Origin: Plasmodiophora brassicae
Taxonomy: Eukaryota
Direction: 5' to 3'
DNA length: 64,000 nucleotides
NCBI GenBank assembly: GCA_036867785.1
Contig: CP145410.1
Coordinates: 496,001 to 560,000 of the forward strand
This document shows, one piece after another, positions 58,096 to 64,000 of the stretch. Within the stretch, counting starts at the first letter, position 1. Each line of letters opens with the position of its first letter. The notes beneath the pieces were generated by a model. That model saw only the letters and a list, made by a program, of their open reading frames with translations, was not told the DNA's origin and ran no database searches. A program made the position numbers and the translations under genes.

Positions 58096-60168
58096 TTACG
58101 TGACGGAAGTCGGATCAGGAACAGCGGGGTTGTCCTCGAATAGGCTGCGGGCGGATGCACGCTGGTTGTCTAGCCGTTTGAATGTGAACCCCTCGAAGGC
58201 TGGCTCCTCGCACGGTTCGCCTTCACGTTGTTCGCTTTCATCACCGAACGTCTGGAAATGAGACGTGTCCGTTGGAGAAAGAAGCTTGGGTACAACCGGC
58301 GGGCGCATGTTCCTCACGTTATTCCAATCAAACCTAACACGTAGCGAGTTCACTGAAGCTCCGCAGGTGCCCAATACACGTATGGCGCCTACCCTTCGAA
58401 GAACCGGTGCCGCTTAATGCCTGTGAAATCGAGTCGTTTGTCTGCGCGGCACAGCAGTCGCCTGATCAAATCGACATCCGGTCGGGAGCGGTCGAACCCA
58501 TCTGGGAACGTCAACGACTCCCGGTAGGAAAGTATCTTCTTGCATGTCTTCACCGCCGTATCGGCACAGAATGGCGGGTACCCGATCAAACTGCTCCGAC
58601 GATCAGTGTTTCGCCCATACGGACGTAAACGTAAACCGCCGTCTACACTGACCATTCGTACATGATGATGCCGAGAGACCACCAGTCGCACCTGTCAGAT
58701 CACCCTCATCAGACGCATTACGAGAGACAAATCCAGGGTGGCAGCGTACCGCTGGTCGTATCCATGAGATAACAGGACTTCAGGTGCGATATCTGTCTCT
58801 CGTCAGAACGAGGCAATGCACGTAACGACATTGATAAATACAGTCGGGGGTCCCAACGGTGGAGTAGACGAGTTCGCGATCGCGTTTAGACCGAATGGAG
58901 TGTCTGAGACCAGGATCCGCTGGCGCCGCTCCCGGTGCGTGCTCACCCTCGGCGAGAACCTGGGCACGAAGTTCCATGATTGTTGCATCTTCGTTCCGTT
59001 TCAGCGTCGTGCACAGGCCAAAATCAGTTAGCTTGATATGCCCATTCCCATCGATTAGACAGTTGTCAGGTTTCAGGTCTCTGCGCGACAGCAACTGAAC
59101 ACAAGGCCTTGAAATGGGGCGTGCCGAACCTACCGGTGCATGTAATTCAACTGGTGAACCGACTGCAGCGCCAGAGCAATCTCGGCGATATAGAAGCGAG
59201 TCTCACTCTGTGCGTTTGGCGAATCAGCTCTGAGAGACAGTGCTGGAAACACGAAGTACCAACAGCAGATAGCGTCCCGCGGTTGATTAGGAGCGACAAG
59301 AGATCGCCACCAGGAACGTACTCCAGACAAAGGTAGAGGCACTTGACATCCTATAGGGGACGGGGTCAATGTCCTCTACTAGTGAAGCGCGCGTTAAGCC
59401 GCATACTTGAAACGAGTAAAGCAGCTTGACAACCCAGCTATTATCAGCTAAAGCGAGCAGGTTCCTTTCAGCCATGATGTGAGACACCTAGCTAAAGTCA
59501 AGGCTGATGCCAACAAGTCCAAGCGTAGACCATAGGTCACCTGATTTCTTCGCAACTATAGAGGGAACCAAATTCAGCGTTTGCACCCAGAGAGCTGATT
59601 AACAATTCAGCAAACCATCTCAGATTTCAGCATCGTCTTCATTGCAAAGACCCGGCCAGTGACCTTCTCACGTACAAGAGCGACCTGGCACATCCGCCGT
59701 TTAAGAACGAGCGGGCCAACAATAGAGAGCATACTGCCGACCTCTCCAAAGCCTCCGCGACCGATTGTACGTTGGCGGTCGAAGTCATCGATGCAGATTT
59801 TCTTCTTGGAAATCATTTCGTCGATGTCGCGTGGGCTTAGATCGTTCTCTTTCTCATCGATCTTCGACGCCATCATGTTCGAGAGCTCGTCGTTCAGCCC
59901 GATTCTTGCTAGGGCATCTTCCATTAAGTGCCGTTTCTTCGACCGTCGTTTAACGGCTACCGCTCTCGACCGCACATGCCTATTTGCAGGGCAAGTTAAA
60001 CTGAGGAACCGCAAACTTGAGAAATGACGGGACATACCTCTCAAGCAGCGATGTCGCTTCGTCATTCAGTAAATGGTGGTGTTTCTCAGTACCAGCACCA
60101 CCAGTTGATGGCACCACATAGAGGTTGCCGTTGGCATTATCTGGACCGGCGCTATAGCAACACCCCAT
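58096..60168 (-). CDS. NDR/LATS-family (STK38-like) AGC kinase
   Basis: [43 protein letters not shown] and hydrophobic motif FEGFTFKR. The N-terminal MGCC exon is spliced in frame via intron 59980-60037. Confidence 0.92.
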
Positions 60169-60468
60169 TACAATTATATGCACGAAAGCCCAGCACTGAC
60201 GAGCAGCGACAACAAACGTCTGTGTCTGGACCGTGGGACATGATGTCTAGACTGTCGACTCGAAGAGGTGCCTCACATCTGCGCAGCCCTCTACTCCCAA
60301 ACACACGAGCCAGTTCTGTACATGACACCGCCTTTGCTGGTCGTCGATCATCATCGACAGCGAACTCCCGTACGTTCCGCAAGTGTCGCATATCCTCGAC
60401 GATCCCATGTGTGCCCAGGGAGTTGAAATGTAATCAGAATATGGGAGCCGGGATTGCAAACGCCGACG

Positions 60469-61091
60469 TCAGCCCGATTCAATCACGAGATTGGCGTACT
60501 GAACAGTGCACCCAGTTCGGATGATCCCGATGGAGGCGGGTACCCTGGACTTCAGTTCGTTGTGATCTTCCCACACAATCGGACACCCGGTGGCTTCAAG
60601 TTCGCGCATGAACGGCTCCACCACCTCCTGTCCAACGACGTTAGTAAGTCAGCAACTCCAGCGGAGAGAAGCGACGGCATGCCTCTCCAGGGTTGCTCGA
60701 TCTCAGCTGCGTGGCGACGAATATTCGTGCAATCTTGAAATTGCAGCGCAGCGCCTGAAGAACATCGAGCACAGAAGGAACATCGTCGACAAGCCTTTCA
60801 CAATGTGGGTGCCAGACATTAGCCCCGACATGTAAGCGCTTACGAGATATCGATCGTTTCAGGGCCCTTGTTGAAATACGGGAACCCTCTATTGCATCAC
60901 AGACCATAAATGCCGGGGAAATGGGTAAGCGAAGAACGCCCCATTACCGGTCTGCAATCACGAGCGTATTCGTATGACGGACACGTGCGATCAGCGATAA
61001 GATGGCGGGGTTCAGGATCCCGTTTTCGATCTGCACTCTGACTGCGTCAGTTGACGCCACCACCAGTCGGGTCACACCCAGCTCAAACCAT
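60469..61091 (-). CDS. rbsD: RbsD/FucU-family D-ribose pyranase/mutarotase (five exons, 133 aa)
   Basis: Exons 61089-61091, 60948-61030, 60844-60888, 60683-60794 and 60469-60627 splice to MIENGILNPAILSLIARVRHTNTLVIADRGFP...IDISLVDDVPSVLDVL...EDHNELKSRV...IIRTGCTVQYANLVIESG. Confidence 0.85.
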
Positions 61092-61253
61092 TCTTCGGGA
61101 TGAGGCGCCTACTGAATAGGAGTACAATACGTACCGCTCCGGACGCCGAATCTCCAAAACGGACCCGATGACGGCAGGTGCACTGCCGCCCGCCACCGAT
61201 TTTACGTCCTGCGACCAGAGAAGCTTCCCATCGCAAACGCCAATACAAGGGTG

Positions 61254-62334
61254 CTATGTATTACTGTGATCAGGAATCCGGCAGCAGCAGATGTAGACAA
61301 AGTGGTCAGGATGGGATAGGTGCCGGCAAAGTCTCTCGATGGGCGTATCGCCGGGTAGCACAATGCCATGGACAGAGAACTTGAACGGCAGTGACGTGAT
61401 GTCAGCGTCGTTGACGACGTGCTGGAATGCGGTGGAGATGGTCCATTCCTTAGTGGCTGATATTGGACGTTGGTAGCATCGGATACCCCCTGCGCGCGTT
61501 CGCAGGTCAGGTTCTTGCTCCTCGCGAACCATAATGAAACGGACAGGAAGTCGTCTGGACGATCGCGTCGCCAGGGCTGGCTGGACTATGGACTCCTCGT
61601 TGGCAACGTCTGAAATGCTATATGTAAGAAAATAATAGCGAGGTTCAAACCATGCGATTAACCTTCGACGCACGATCGCCATAAAGCATGCAACTCTGCC
61701 GATGATAGGTCCATAACAGGGTTTGTAGTGCCGCATTGCATGAAGAAGGCCTGCACAGGATAGACTCAGTGCACGAAGATCGGCATTTCGATCTTAAGTA
61801 CCTGTTTCAGCGAATGGATGAAGTGGAACTCGCCGGGGCATTTGCCAAGGGACGACGTAACGGGACGCATGACACATTGGGCCGGGAATCCAGAGAAATG
61901 AACAACGAGTCGATACGGCAAGATACCTGCTCGGTCGCCGGATGATCCCGCTTGGCAGTCGAACAGAACGCCTACTGGGTACTGCCATTGCAGAGGACCC
62001 AGAACAGAGCACTCCAGCCAAACATCACGGGACCCGTCAGCGACATGCTCTAAACGACTCCTTCAATCGCTGGTCAGAAATGAAACAGCATAAGCGTCCT
62101 GACTGGCGAACGAATCGATCAGGTCGGGAATATAATGAAGAAAGGTGGCGGTACGTCGAACGAGAACCTACACACATACGGTCAGGTATGGCAACCAAAC
62201 GAAGCGAGCGCGACCCGCACTACATATGTTGGCTCGGGCGGGCCGACCGATGTCAGATCCAATGATGATAGCTCAAAGCGGACAGGAATGTGCCCCCGAC
62301 GAACCCGACTGCCAATCGCAGCCGCATCGTCCAT
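61254..62334 (-). CDS. ATG5: Autophagy protein 5
   Basis: VRRGHIPVRFEL N-terminus, conjugation Lys in FIHSLKQ|A, RLPVRF and C-terminal VHGIVLPGDTPIERLCRHLSHPDHFVYI. Multi-exon. Confidence 0.88.
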
Positions 62335-62731
62335 CACCGCCGGACTGGCATCTTCCGATCGGCCCCGAACTCCGTCCATGGGAAGCAGTGCTATGTACAT
62401 AGGTAGGTGGAACGCGAAAGCGATTATTTACCTACCTAACCTTCCCAGATGCATTTCGTATTGGCATCCCTGTATTCAGCACGCTTCTGGCAAATATGCC
62501 GAAATCTAGCGCTTGTTTATTGCACAACCATCGCTAAGGGGTTGCTCGAATGTCCCGTTCAGCGGGTATGCAAGAAAGGCAGACGCCCATCGTCCAGACA
62601 TCTCTCAAATTTGTCGGCACAGCACTAGAGGGGACGTAACAGACCGCATTCCGTTTCGTTAGTGAATACAATACATACTAGGGATATTTATGAGGGCGAA
62701 GTTGCAGCTAGATACTTCAAGGTGAACAAAG

Positions 62732-64000
62732 TCATTCCTGGGGTTTCGTGTTGCGCTTCCGTTTGCGGGCCGGGGCATCGTCCAGGGACGCTTGATCATG
62801 GAGACGAATACCTCTGACTTCATCTGTAAGGTGGGCGATCGCGATCTCTTGTTGGGCGCATTTCGTCCTCAGGTGATCGCGCTCATTCTTGACGACCTCG
62901 AGCTCCTCCTTGACCTGAGCGAGGCCCACTTCAGAAGGCGACTGACGAAGTCTGGCAGCTTGTAGACGCTGCACGTAGATCTCATGGGCAGCCAGATCAT
63001 CCCAGTCGTAAATCCAATCTAACGAAGCAGGCTTATAACGAGGAAAGCGCAGGAAACGTCCAAATGTTCAAACCGTATTCATAGCCTACACGTGGCTGTT
63101 AGCGATACCCCGATAGGATACATCGAATCGCAAACCCACTAGACCTTGCTTCCGAAAGAGAGAATCGAAAAGGCTCTTGAGAAAGAAGTAGTCAGGCTTC
63201 TCGGTGAACGAAAGCTTAGAGCAGTACTTCAGGTACGTAGCAAACTCGTCTGTATAGTAACCAAAAGAATAAATGAGTGAAACCTGATCGCTGAGGACGG
63301 CTTACGAGGCGAATCTTTGCAAAGCTCATCGATTGAAGTTTCCAGTTTCTTCTTGCCAATCTTGTCGTACTTCTCCTGTTTGGTTGCTGCCTTCAAGCCT
63401 TGCCAAGGAAGGGAACCCCGACTGAAATACATGAGCATGTACCCCAGCGACTCCAGGTCGTCTCGTCGCCCCTGCTCAGAGCCGTTGTGGGTGTTGATGC
63501 TTGCATAGCGTGGCGTTCCGGTCAGCTTCTTGTTCGTTTTGAAAGGGATATGCCGCCTTGTCTTAACATCGCGATACCGTTTGCATAGACCCATATCCAC
63601 CATGTATATGACGTGAGAATCGACAGGGTGGGACCCGACCAGGAAATTATCCGGCTTGATGTCGCGATGTAGGAAGAAGTTGCCATGGAGGTATTCTATT
63701 CTATCAATCTAAAATTGGCAGATTACCAACCGGTACACAAGTGTAGCAGATTCGAACGTACGAGCTGGATTGCTATCATTAAGATTGTCTTCATAGAGAA
63801 ACATCTCTGCCACGATGCAGTTATCAGATCAGCACATGACGAAAACCTCCACACGTAATACGGAGCAGATGTTGAATAAACTTTCAAGGCTTTGGCCAAG
63901 CAGGTCCATAATCATGACATTGTGATGAGATGTGACCCCGAAGTAGTGCACCTTGGGAACTCCCATGCCCTTCTTTATTGCACCATACACCTTGTACTCG
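62732..64000 (-). CDS. Casein kinase I (3' part; 5' end beyond the window) with a coiled-coil tail
   Basis: [42 protein letters not shown] and LPWQGLKA. Confidence 0.95.

Overview
Gene-dense, GC-rich eukaryotic DNA with many short (~50-60 nt) spliceosomal introns. An axonemal dynein indicates a flagellated protist. The overall style resembles a phytomyxid such as Plasmodiophora; this is an inference, not a database result. The first ~7.7 kb is a transposon-rich island around CTP synthase. It holds a gypsy-type gag ORF running off the left edge, a 762-bp miniature LTR element with 96-bp LTRs, a self-priming-type PBS and an internal fold-back, and a decayed piggyBac-like transposase with a 210-bp inverted duplication. 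The rest is a compact array of housekeeping genes: tRNA-Gly(GCC), a SatP/GPR1 acetate channel, LanC-like, VAMP7, CDC26, SRSF2-like, a ~15-kb inner-arm dynein heavy chain, ELMOD, INTS11, 7TM-RGS, an EF-hand/PH protein, malic enzyme, DNAJC3, ABI, CW/ARID, glutaredoxin, RPN6, COX17, MED21, type II PI4K, a FUZ-like longin, an NDR kinase, ATG5 and CK1. The main observations hidden from the ORF track are: (1) a bacterial-type RbsD/FucU ribose pyranase split by four introns, a candidate horizontal transfer; (2) a p101/PIK3R5-like PI3K adaptor next to a 7TM-RGS and a PH-domain gene; (3) an in-frame splice that would fuse a CCDC81-like HU module to the dynein N-terminus; (4) the self-priming mini-retroelement; (5) a malic enzyme ending in a PTS1-like SKM. 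All gene models and family assignments were made by hand from motif recognition.
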